Assembly (NCBI GenBank): GCA_934096815.1
Contig: CAKOMY010000005.1
Location: 46,807-110,806 of the forward strand
Length of the DNA: 64,000 nt
Direction of reading: 5' to 3'
Source of the DNA: an uncultured Bacilli bacterium
GTDB lineage: Bacteria; Bacillota_I; Bacilli_A; RF39; UBA660
Position numbers and translations under genes: made by a program. The first letter of the stretch is position 1, and every line of letters starts with the position of its first letter. Below, in pieces: positions 26,488 through 35,936 of the stretch. The notes under the pieces are model-generated. The model was given only the letters and a program-made list of their open reading frames with translations. It ran no database searches and was not told the origin of the DNA.

Positions 26488-27256
26488 TATTTATCACTTT
26501 ATAATTATTCGTATTTAGTTCTTTTTCTAATAAAACACTTACTTTTTTTGAATCATCTGTTTTAATTACTAGACATTTAGAACATTCTAAATCTAATTCT
26601 TCTTTTGATAATTCCTTAATTAATTTCCCATTTTCAAGAAAACCAAATTCATTTGCTAAAAGGTATAATTCTGATAATATGTGACTAGAAATAAGTAGAG
26701 TTATTCCATTATCTGATAACTTCTTAAATGTGTCTCTAAGTTCACTAATGCCTATTGGATCTAATCCATTTATTGGCTCATCTAATATAACAAAATCAGG
26801 ACTATTTAATATTGCTAATGCTATTCCTAATCTTTGTTTCATTCCTAGTGAAAATGTTTTAACTTTTTTCTTACCTGTGCCTGTTAGATTTACTAACTCT
26901 AATACTTTATTAATTTGGTTTTTATCTACAATACCTCTTTGAATAGTATAATATTTTAAATTATCATAAGCCGATAAATTGGGATAAAACGCTGGATATT
27001 CAATTAATGATCCAACTCTTTTTTTATTATCAAAAAGTTCATCATTTTCACTGCTAGTATTAAACAATTCAAATGTTCCACTTGTAGGAGATGCTAGCGT
27101 TGTTATTATTTTCATTAATGTTGTTTTACCAGCACCATTACGACCAATTAAACCATAAATATCCCCCTTTTTAATTGTTATATTAACATTATCTAATACT
27201 ACATTTTTATTATATTGTTTTGTTAAATTATTTGTTTTTAATACAACTTCTTTCAT
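26465..27256 (-). CDS. ABC transporter ATP-binding protein (BcrA/lantibiotic-export-like), no adjacent permease
   Basis: Walker A GRNGAGKTT, signature FSLGMKQRL, Walker B FVILDEP. Confidence 0.85.
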   Translation of the reverse strand: MKEVVLKTNNLTKQYNKNVVLDNVNITIKKGDIYGLIGRNGAGKTTLMKIITTLASPTSGTFELFNTSSENDELFDNKKRVGSLIEYPAFYPNLSAYDNLKYYTIQRGIVDKNQINKVLELVNLTGTGKKKVKTFSLGMKQRLGIALAILNSPDFVILDEPINGLDPIGISELRDTFKKLSDNGITLLISSHILSELYLLANEFGFLENGKLIKELSKEELDLECSKCLVIKTDDSKKVSVLLEKELNTNNYKVINNEEIRNY

Positions 27257-27328
27257 ATAATCATTCCTTTCAAATTAATTATACAAAAAAAGTGTTAAAA
27301 ATTTCTTAACACAATCCTTAAATTTTCC

Positions 27329-27997
27329 TTAATTTTTGAACTTATATCCAATACTCCATATAGTTTCTATATAGTCTTTGTTTGGATTTGCTTTTTTTAG
27401 TTTATTTCTAATTTTACTTATATGAACATTCAAAGTATTTTCATCAGCAGAATCAATATTGTCCCATACATTATCAAACAAAATACTTTTTGTTACTACT
27501 TGATTATTATTTTCCATAAGTAGTTTTAATATGTCAAATTCTATTTTAGAAAGATTAATATTCTTATTATTACAAACAACACTATATGACTTCTTATTAA
27601 TTTCTACATCATCAATAGTTATTATATCTTTACTATCTGTATTTGTTTTTCTCAAATGAACTTTTATCCTAGCAAGTAATTCGGCATTATTAAATGGTTT
27701 AGTAATATAATCATCAGCACCTAATTCAAATAAATCTAATTTTTTGTCTATATCATTAATTGCTGTAGTTATGATAATAGGAACATCATTAATAGTTTTT
27801 AATTTTTTGATAATTTCTTCACCATTTTTCCCAGGTAACATTAAATCTAAAATTATTAAATCAATTTGTTTATTATGAATCAACAATGCTTCAGTTCCAG
27901 AATATGCAGTACTGACATTATATCCATTATTTGATAATAATTCTTGCAACATTTCATTTATATTTTTATCATCTTCTATTATTAAAACTTTTTTCAT
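27329..27997 (-). CDS. OmpR-family response regulator (no cognate kinase adjacent)
   Basis: REC domain (KVLIIEDD...DLIILDLMLPG) plus a winged-helix trans_reg_C (LNVHISKIRNKL...IETIWSIGYKF). The start was set at Met 27997. Confidence 0.85.
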   Translation of the reverse strand: MKKVLIIEDDKNINEMLQELLSNNGYNVSTAYSGTEALLIHNKQIDLIILDLMLPGKNGEEIIKKLKTINDVPIIITTAINDIDKKLDLFELGADDYITKPFNNAELLARIKVHLRKTNTDSKDIITIDDVEINKKSYSVVCNNKNINLSKIEFDILKLLMENNNQVVTKSILFDNVWDNIDSADENTLNVHISKIRNKLKKANPNKDYIETIWSIGYKFKN

Positions 27998-28091
27998 TAA
28001 AGCACCACCAAACATATTAACTAACAAATATTATACCACAAAAAGTAATTCTATAATTGAACTGTTCCATAGATTGTAATTTTTCAATTAC

Positions 28092-29162
28092 TTACATATC
28101 TTTTTTGTGTTTTATAAATTCAATATTATTTCTTTCTAAATCTTCAATAGTAATATCGCCATATTCTAAAGATGTTGCAACTGTTTCTTGATAACCATTA
28201 GAATAAATAACAATTACATTTTTACTTTTGATACAAGGAAAATAATAAATAAATTCTTTATCTTCATAAAACTGTTCCAATGCTTCAGCACAAGCGATAT
28301 TTTCTTCTTTTACTTTATCGATTATTTTTAAATGAGTAAATGGCTGATTATTTTTATTTATATAATTTTTTTCACTTATCAATACTACTCCAATAACAAG
28401 AATAATAGGTATAACTATAATTATAATCTTCCTAAATAAATCTTTATAATTAATCTTGTTTTTTTCTAAAAGAAATATATTTTTCAATAACTCATTAATA
28501 GATTTTATATGCAATATTTCATACATTATTAAAGAGCCAGATACATTTAAAATTACATCATCAATATCACAAGATCCAGACATAGTAATAAACTGCAATA
28601 ATTCAATTCCAGTCACTATACAAATCATAGTTAATAGAAAAGTTTTAAAATTATTTTGTTTCTTAAATAGTAATGGCAAGAAGAAAGCAAAAGGCATTAA
28701 TGCAATAGCATTACCTAATATATTATAGATAAAAATATAAGGTGCTATATTGCCACTAACAAACTTTGTAACATAAGAGATAATCGTTTTGAAAGGAACA
28801 AGATTAAGTGAATTAGATAAATAGTTTTTAAATATTTCATTGTTCCAATTTAATATATTAAAATTACCTCTGTAAAAGTAATCATCAAATAAAGTAAGTG
28901 TTGAGAGTAGTATTATATATAACAATAACCATATTGAAATATTGATTTTGAAAATTTTCTCTTTATATTTCTTATCAACATATTTAGTTAAGAAGAATCC
29001 CCCTAAATACATTAGCAAACAACTTGCTGATAATAATATTATTCTTCTACTAGGGCTTAAGTGGAATAGTTTATTAAATTGTAAACTAAAATAATAGATT
29101 AATATTATTGCTGACAATAAATAAGTAATTATACTAACTATCAAATTTATCTTCTTTTTCAT
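28092..29162 (-). CDS. VanZ-like membrane protein with C-terminal extra domain
   Basis: NLVPFKTI...NILGNAIALMPFAFFLPLLF...DIDDVILNVSGSLI is the VanZ family pattern. Multiple TM helices. Confidence 0.65.
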   Translation of the reverse strand: MKKKINLIVSIITYLLSAIILIYYFSLQFNKLFHLSPSRRIILLSASCLLMYLGGFFLTKYVDKKYKEKIFKINISIWLLLYIILLSTLTLFDDYFYRGNFNILNWNNEIFKNYLSNSLNLVPFKTIISYVTKFVSGNIAPYIFIYNILGNAIALMPFAFFLPLLFKKQNNFKTFLLTMICIVTGIELLQFITMSGSCDIDDVILNVSGSLIMYEILHIKSINELLKNIFLLEKNKINYKDLFRKIIIIVIPIILVIGVVLISEKNYINKNNQPFTHLKIIDKVKEENIACAEALEQFYEDKEFIYYFPCIKSKNVIVIYSNGYQETVATSLEYGDITIEDLERNNIEFIKHKKDM

Positions 29163-29193
29163 ATTTCATCTCACTTTCAAATTGTTATTTGCA

Positions 29194-29526
29194 TTACTTT
29201 CTATTTAATGATTTGCATATTGAACTTCCAATAAATAATCCAATACTTGCAACAACTAAATACCATACAGAATGAATTAAAGCCGATTCATTATAATAGA
29301 TAAAAACTGATGGTATAAATATTATTGAAGTAAATACTGAATAGAAATATTTAATTTTATTATTAGATAAAATTCCAATAAGTAATGATAATATAAATGT
29401 TCCAACAATTATTAAAAACACCATTCCCATTGCATCTGTTGGTCCTGCAAATAATGGTAAAACATAAAATAATAATAATTGTAAAATACCTATTATAATT
29501 TCTTTAATATTCTTTTTCATAATCAA
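29194..29526 (-). CDS. Small integral membrane protein (110 aa)
   Basis: About four hydrophobic helices. No family recognised. Confidence 0.45.
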   Translation of the reverse strand: MIMKKNIKEIIIGILQLLLFYVLPLFAGPTDAMGMVFLIIVGTFILSLLIGILSNNKIKYFYSVFTSIIFIPSVFIYYNESALIHSVWYLVVASIGLFIGSSICKSLNRK

Positions 29527-29734
29527 TCCTCCATTTCAACAAATTACTATTTTCATAATAGATTTATTACTTAATTATAACATTTTTAGTAAAATAAAAA
29601 TAGTCCTGTACTAGCGACTATTATGTTTTTTACTACCTCACAAAAAGGAACAGTGAGCAGTAAAGTAAATGGTTTATTGTAGTAATATTTATTTACAACA
29701 ACTGTATAATAACATTTTTAGACAATAATTGCAA

Positions 29735-30072
29735 TTACTTTGTATAGTCATTTGATATAAAAAGTTTAGAAAATTCTTTTTGAGCCTCATCCATTTCATC
29801 ATTTATATTTCTAATAGCATTTTCTATTTCTTGTTTATTTTTAAATTTTTGCTTAGAATTAGTATTAGTGAAATATGTTTTTAATATATCTTTTCTTGTT
29901 TGTTTTTTGTTATCAAGATAATACTTTAATATTATTTCTTGAATAATATCATTTTCTTTTATCTTAGTAACATTTTTAGATTCTTTTTTATAATTGTAAT
30001 TAGAATAATTAACAATGGCATTATATATATAATTAAACTTATTTATACAGTTGTTAAATAAAAAAATAGAAT
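29735..30072 (-). pseudogene. Start-less ORF continuing (in another frame) from 30076-30444
   Basis: Hand translation gives LNDSIFLFNNCINKFNYIYNAIVNYSNYNYKK...NAIRNINDEMDEAQKEFSKLFISNDYTK*. There is no ATG until near the end, which suggests a frameshifted gene. Confidence 0.25.
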
Positions 30073-30075
30073 CAT

Positions 30076-30444
30076 TTAACTAAATTCTATCTTTTCAAAA
30101 TCAGATAATTTTTTGTTATATTTTATTTCAATTAACGAAATAGCATTAGATATTATACTTTGTTTCTCTTTTTCTGATAATTTAATCCTTTTTTGTAATT
30201 TATTAAAAACATCGTTCCCAGTAATACCATTATACTTATGATTAGATAATTCATAATTTAAAATTAATAGTTCAGATAATAAACAAGTATAATGATATTT
30301 GAATAAATCTTTTTCTTTTCTACTATAATCTATATCAAATATATTCATGAAATAACCTCCAGTTGCTTGAATGCTACCTCGTTTGAAATAAATTGTCAAA
30401 TCATCATATTGCATAATATTTATAAAATTCATCTTTAAGATCAT
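30076..30444 (-). CDS. Hypothetical protein (start uncertain; overlaps upstream ORF by 41 nt)
   Basis: ORF only. No motif recognised. Confidence 0.3.
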   Translation of the reverse strand: MILKMNFINIMQYDDLTIYFKRGSIQATGGYFMNIFDIDYSRKEKDLFKYHYTCLLSELLILNYELSNHKYNGITGNDVFNKLQKRIKLSEKEKQSIISNAISLIEIKYNKKLSDFEKIEFS

Positions 30445-31033
30445 AAGGATTAATTTTATTTAATTCAAAACTACCTTTTATAAAAGGTAAAACTATATCT
30501 ATATCTGATAGTTCTTTAACTTTGTAAGAAAGACATAATGGCTCATAATTTTTATGAGTAACAATGTTTAAAATATTGTCCTTATTTTTTACTTTTAAAA
30601 CTTTTACATAAATACCATAATTAGTTTTAGAAAGTAGTACAAAATTTCTTTTTTCTTTAAACATTAATCCTTTATTTGTATTATGAAAAGTAATACTTTC
30701 TGATATAGTAGTAATCTTAAATCTTAAGATATTGAACAATCTATCACTTAAACTTTCTTGTGGGTTAGTAAAGTAATTATACATATCTCTAACTATTTTA
30801 ACTGCATAATCACAACTAGTATTATCTTCAATGATTAATGAGTAGCAAATACTATTCCTTTCATACCCCTTACGATCTACTAATTTATTAAAAGAATCAA
30901 ATTGTTTAGCAATCCTATGAAAAGACACTAAAATATTATTTTGATTTATTTGTATTTCAACAATTCTATTATCTAATTTATAGACAACATTTTTTACTAG
31001 GTAATTTCTTATGATGTTTTTACTTATAGCCAT
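30404..31033 (-). CDS. Hypothetical protein; the frame stays open about 150 nt upstream without a start codon
   Basis: ORF track plus hand translation upstream (KSINQISNDKKDNTKKINDKVYNVDT...) back to a TAA that follows a GAGGTGG SD-like site near 31199. This hints at a nonsense or start lesion. Confidence 0.35.
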   Translation of the reverse strand: MAISKNIIRNYLVKNVVYKLDNRIVEIQINQNNILVSFHRIAKQFDSFNKLVDRKGYERNSICYSLIIEDNTSCDYAVKIVRDMYNYFTNPQESLSDRLFNILRFKITTISESITFHNTNKGLMFKEKRNFVLLSKTNYGIYVKVLKVKNKDNILNIVTHKNYEPLCLSYKVKELSDIDIVLPFIKGSFELNKINPYDLKDEFYKYYAI

Positions 31034-31333
31034 TATAGAAGAATCTAATCTATTAAATAAATCTATTGCAATTTGCTTTTTATTATAAATTATATTTTCA
31101 TAGGTATTAGTATCAACATTATAAACTTTATCATTAATCTTTTTTGTATTATCTTTTTTATCATTAGATATTTGATTAATAGATTTTTATATTTTAACCA
31201 CCTCGTCATTTGTATATGAAACATTATTATAGATAAGATTAAAGGTAGAACAAACCTCAATTTGGGTAGAAGTATTTGTGTTATTTAAAGATAGTTCTTC
31301 AAATTTATATGTGTTGCTGTATTGACACCAAGA

Positions 31334-32379
31334 TTGCAAGAGTTTTCGACGACGTTTAAAAAAGTTTCAGAACCATGTCCTCCTCTTTTCCAACATTTAA
31401 TTCTGGCATTTTCAACTTGAATTGATCCACCATCGTAATAATGATCATCAAATAAGTTTACTTTTCCTTCATTTATAGCACTAGATAGAGTTATAATTTT
31501 AAATGTTGAACCGGGTTCATAAGTCATCCATATTGGTAAGTTTCGGTTAATAGTTTCTAAGTTATAATTTTTATAATTATTAGAATCAAAGTTTGGGCGA
31601 GATGACATAGCAAGAACTTCTCCACTATTAGGATCCATTACTAAGGCTAAAGTACTGTCTGGATTATATTTTGTAACTACATTATCTAATTCTTTTTCTA
31701 CTGCTGATTGAATATCTATATCTATTGTTAAAGAAATATTATTGCCATTAACTGGCTCATCATAAATTTCTGATAAATTTAAACGATTTCCTTTACCATC
31801 AGAATAATATAATATACCTCCGTCATTACCTTTTAAATACTTATCATATTCAAGTTCAATTCCAGATAAACCTTGATTATCTATACCAACATATCCTAAA
31901 ACATGAGAAAGTAATGATTCATATGGATAATATCTTTTAGATTCTTTAAGTAAATAGACTCCATCATAATTTAAATTATTTATTTTTTCAGCTACATCAT
32001 ATGATAATCTTCTTCCTTCAGGATGAATTCTTTCAATTGAGGTATGTTTGGTTAAATGGGTATAAATATTTAAATAAGTTGTTCCTAGTATTTCAGATAA
32101 ATTTTTAGCAACTTCTTCTTTATTTTGAATTTGAACCGGAATAACTACTAAAGATGTTGTTGTTAAATTATCAGCAAGAACTATACCATTGCGATCAGTA
32201 ATTTTACCTCTATCAGCAAGAATTGGTAAGTTACGACTCCATAGGCTACCTGCTTTATCTTTTATATTATTTACTTTAAATACTTGAAGATAAAACACTC
32301 TTAATATTATTACTAAGAAAGTTATTAAAACTATTAAATAAACATAAAACATTCTTTTATGAATACGATAATGAAGCAT
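31334..32379 (-). CDS. spoVD: spoVD-like PBP, segment 1 of 3 (membrane anchor, dimerisation domain, SxxK and SxN boxes)
   Basis: TM helix YVYLIVLITFLVIILRV. EPGSTFKIITLSSAINEGKVNLFDDHYYDGGSIQVENARIKCWKRGGHGSETFLNVVENSCN parallels the SpoVD sequence as I recall it. After SCN the listed ORF runs into element DNA (LGVNTATHINLKNYL*). AGGTGA SD precedes ATG 32379. Confidence 0.85.
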
Positions 32380-32566
32380 TAAAATCACCTAATTAAATAT
32401 ATTAAATATAAACATTGTTTAGAATTAAATGTGTTCTTGTAATTTACTTCATGGTAGCATGGATTTATATAATAAAAGATTACCAAATTAAGTAATCTCT
32501 ATTGTTTTAATAATTTAATTAACTCATTAAAATATTACTGTTAAATCAAAAAAGTGGATTGAAAAA

Positions 32567-33418
32567 TTACATTTCAACTAATTCATTTTCTAAGATATTT
32601 ATTATTTCTCTTAACGAATTAATTGTGTCTTCAAAAGTAACTCCTTTTGTATATTCTAGTTTACTTTGATAATCGGTAAATACTCTTTTTAAAGCATTAC
32701 TATTTTCTAATATTTCTACTATTTCTTTGAAATTAACTATATTAAATTTAGTATTTCTTTTATTAAAAGTATTCGTTATGGCTTTAACCAAATTCTTATT
32801 ATTAATGTCTTTTTTTTGTTTATTCTTTAGCATATATAAATCATAGAAATCTTTTGCTCTTGTGGTAGTTATATTTTTACTAATAATACTTTCAAACTTT
32901 TCAGCGATAATGGTTTCAATAGTATAAGCCATGATATTTATCTTTTTATCTTCAAAAATAGAATTATATTTATATTTTATTTCTCTTGGTGTAATAATAT
33001 CTCCTGTGGTAATTTCGATAAAAAAGTTTGCTCTTATTTTATCATAAGTACCTTTGACATTTATTCTGAATCCACCATAATCATCTTCTAATCTAATATC
33101 TTTAATATTAACTATTTCAAAATTAACATTATCATCTATATCTATACATAAAATTTCTTCAAATATATTTTTAACAGACTCTATATTTAATGGTAGGCTT
33201 TTTAAAGTAGCATCAATATCTTTTGTAGTTCTTAGATCTTCTCCAATAATAGAAGATAATAAAACTCCACCTTTTAATATAATATTATCCTTGTATTTAC
33301 TTTTTTCTATTCTCATTAAAACGTGTTCAAAGAAAAACATTTGATGAAGATGATGAGCTAAATTATTGTTACCTTTAGATTTCTTTTTAATTATATTATT
33401 TAATTTATCTGAATTCAT
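32567..33418 (-). CDS. abiEii: AbiEii-family nucleotidyltransferase toxin (chromosomal paralog)
   Basis: IILKGGVLLSSIIGEDLRTTKDIDATLKS. 283 aa, collinear with the element-A copy and roughly 70 percent identical by eye. Confidence 0.85.
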   Translation of the reverse strand: MNSDKLNNIIKKKSKGNNNLAHHLHQMFFFEHVLMRIEKSKYKDNIILKGGVLLSSIIGEDLRTTKDIDATLKSLPLNIESVKNIFEEILCIDIDDNVNFEIVNIKDIRLEDDYGGFRINVKGTYDKIRANFFIEITTGDIITPREIKYKYNSIFEDKKINIMAYTIETIIAEKFESIISKNITTTRAKDFYDLYMLKNKQKKDINNKNLVKAITNTFNKRNTKFNIVNFKEIVEILENSNALKRVFTDYQSKLEYTKGVTFEDTINSLREIINILENELVEM

Positions 33419-34012
33419 TTATAATAAAACCTCCATCAATTCTACAACTTCTTCTTCGATATCTAACTTTCTAGCATATTTAACTAGTTTTAAAATATTT
33501 TTATCTTTATTTCTAGCATATTCTTTTAATGCTTTTGAATAAATTTCTTTATCCATTCGATTTTTATCTTTAATAATATCACATAATGTTCTTTCTAAAT
33601 CATAACACTTAACAGTTAGATCATTAATAGTTTTAATGTTAATCATTCCTAGTTCAAAAATATCATCTTTGACATATCTAAGAGATACATTTTTATTATT
33701 TAATAAATTACCACTATAGTTATATGGAACAGTTATATCATAAACTAAGGGAATTCTATCAGACATGTTATGTAAATACAAACTAGTTGCATGAGAATAG
33801 CACATATTTTTGCTACTTTTAGATAGAATATAAAAATTATCAATTGGATATTCAGGTAATTTATAAATACCAGTTCCAACTCTTTCTAATTTCTTATCAT
33901 TTACTAAATTACTTAAAAATGTACTGTTAACTTCTAAGTTTTTCGTTTCTTTTGTCGTAATATATCCATTATTTTTTTTAGCAAAATCTAAAATTTTATC
34001 ATAATTATTCAT
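33419..34012 (-). CDS. abiEi: AbiEi-family antitoxin (chromosomal paralog)
   Basis: NNGYITTKETKNLEVNSTFLSNLVNDKKLERVGTGIYKLP. The C-terminal half is collinear with the element-A AbiEi. Confidence 0.8.
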   Translation of the reverse strand: MNNYDKILDFAKKNNGYITTKETKNLEVNSTFLSNLVNDKKLERVGTGIYKLPEYPIDNFYILSKSSKNMCYSHATSLYLHNMSDRIPLVYDITVPYNYSGNLLNNKNVSLRYVKDDIFELGMINIKTINDLTVKCYDLERTLCDIIKDKNRMDKEIYSKALKEYARNKDKNILKLVKYARKLDIEEEVVELMEVLL

Positions 34013-34166
34013 ATATATCGTTTCCTTTTTTCAGGAAAATTATAACATTATTCCTAGAAAATATCAATTTAAAATTTATTATATTAATTGATAATATCTT
34101 TATAATTTAATTTTAAGATTAGCAAAAAAATGTTGAGAAATTAATTATTTAATTTCCCAACAGTTC

Positions 34167-35252
34167 CTATTGTTTTAATAATTTTATTAACTCGTTAAAA
34201 TATTGTTCTTTTAAATATTCATTTTTTATATTATCAATACCTAATGTTCTATCATTATTAATATTTATTGTATTAATTAATTCATTATTTTTATCATAAA
34301 GTGATAAGTTCCAATTATTTTTTTCAATATTTTTGTTATTTTCAATTGGTATTATTCTTGATAACAATTCAGTTATTTTAGTTATATCTTTTTGATCACT
34401 AATAGTATTAACTTCTTTATTGTTATCATCTTTTACAACAATTTTTTTAGTTTTAATTAAATTTTCAATTAATTTAGGCTCTACGTATAATTCTGTACCC
34501 CAATCATTATTAATAACATCCACACCTTTGTATTGATACAAAATATTGTATGTATAACACAATTTATTATCAACATAACTATAGTTAAGTAATATTATTT
34601 CTCCTGCAATGGTGAAATATTCTTCATAATCTTGGACAAAACCTTTTTCTTGTTTGTAATGGTTAATAAAATAATTATATCTATATAATACTTCATTTTC
34701 ATTAATTGTTTTATCTAAATAAGCATAAGAGATTTCATCTATAACACCATTATTTATATTAAAAGAAATATATTTATTAGTTGCAATAATATTATCGATA
34801 TAATGTGAAAAAGTAATATAACCAAAAGATAAATCAGAAGACGGATAATGAATACTATATTTCCATGAATTATCGATGGTAATATTAAATTTATCCTTGA
34901 TAATTTCAACAATATCTTTAATTTCTTCATTGTTGTTATATGTAATAGCTAGTACAGTTTCAACTACTTTATTTAAATCTATTTTATAGTTATAATCAAT
35001 TTCTTTATATTCAATGTCAGGCTTATCAACATCAGTATCATTCCCTGACTGAAACTTTAACAAAGTTTTATAATCTTCATTAGCATTTTCATCAATAACT
35101 TCATATGACTTTGCATGATTATCATTACTACCATTACCGTCATTATTTTCTTTTTTCAATGTTTTTGTAACTAAAAATAAACCGCAAATAAATATAATAA
35201 TTACTATAATAATAATCAAAATTTTCTTTTTCATATATTCCTCTATTCTCAT
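34167..35252 (-). CDS. Membrane-anchored hypothetical protein (361 aa)
   Basis: N-terminal TM helix (ILIIIIVIIIFICGLFLV). No domain recognised. Confidence 0.5.
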   Translation of the reverse strand: MRIEEYMKKKILIIIIVIIIFICGLFLVTKTLKKENNDGNGSNDNHAKSYEVIDENANEDYKTLLKFQSGNDTDVDKPDIEYKEIDYNYKIDLNKVVETVLAITYNNNEEIKDIVEIIKDKFNITIDNSWKYSIHYPSSDLSFGYITFSHYIDNIIATNKYISFNINNGVIDEISYAYLDKTINENEVLYRYNYFINHYKQEKGFVQDYEEYFTIAGEIILLNYSYVDNKLCYTYNILYQYKGVDVINNDWGTELYVEPKLIENLIKTKKIVVKDDNNKEVNTISDQKDITKITELLSRIIPIENNKNIEKNNWNLSLYDKNNELINTININNDRTLGIDNIKNEYLKEQYFNELIKLLKQ

Positions 35253-35326
35253 TAAAATTAATATATCAAAAAACTTATATACTCACAATGAATATATAAG
35301 GGTATTAAACGTATTAAATTATATAC

Positions 35327-35848
35327 TTAATTCTTTTTATTTAGATAATCTTCATCAATATTAATATCATCTGTTAAATTAGAATTATCTTCTTCATAAT
35401 CATCATAGTCATCTAAAACATTTATTTTAACTTTAATATCTCCTACTATCTCTACTCCTAATTCTTTTTCGACAGTAAGTTTTAAAGTATTTCCTTCAAC
35501 AAAAACATCACTTGCACTTGGAGCAGTTAAACTTCTTACAATAATCTCATTACCATCGGTTAATTTATCTTTTAAGTTAACATTTATTATATCACTATAA
35601 TTAAATGTTCTTGCTATAACATTTGTCTTTGTATTATTATCATAAGAATACCATACATTAACATCATATGATCCATTTACTGCTACTTTTCCATTGGAAT
35701 TATAGCCTTTGAATGTATGATTAATTACCCAACATCCTAAAACATTACTAATATCCTCTTCAACTAAAATACTATATTCATCTTTACTTGTTTTTTTACT
35801 TTTACCAATAACTGCTTTAGTAACTATCTCTTTATAATTATTATTCAT
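35327..35848 (-). CDS. cotE: Spore coat morphogenetic protein CotE
   Basis: YKEIVTKAVIGKSKK...LGCWVINH...YDVNVWYSYDNNTKTNV...acidic tail mirrors the B. subtilis CotE sequence as I recall it (YREIITKAVVAKGRK...YYDINVWYSYADNTKTEV). Confidence 0.8.
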   Translation of the reverse strand: MNNNYKEIVTKAVIGKSKKTSKDEYSILVEEDISNVLGCWVINHTFKGYNSNGKVAVNGSYDVNVWYSYDNNTKTNVIARTFNYSDIINVNLKDKLTDGNEIIVRSLTAPSASDVFVEGNTLKLTVEKELGVEIVGDIKVKINVLDDYDDYEEDNSNLTDDINIDEDYLNKKN

Positions 35849-35936
35849 CCTATCACTCCCTATTTTAACTTATGCATAATAGGCAAAAAAAGTGATAATA
35901 ACCCAAAAAGAAAACAACATAGTCTCCTACATTGTT

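Larger units (their letters stand above)
12070..31333. mobile_element. Intervening element B (~19.3 kb) inserted in spoVD; composite of B1 (12070-26202) and decayed B2 (26207-31333)
   Basis: TTGC core at both junctions (12066-12069 and 31334-31337). The element ends are inverted repeats: CTTGGTGT at 12069-12076 and ACACCAAG at 31325-31332. The LSR gene is at the end next to segment 2. An internal attP-like site lies at 26194-26214. Confidence 0.75.

Noticed and set aside
32380-32470. Sigma-E or sigma-K type sporulation promoter upstream of spoVD segment 1
   Set aside because: Only weak partial matches are present (for example ATATA...CATGAAGT), and they cannot be distinguished from background in this AT-rich DNA by eye.
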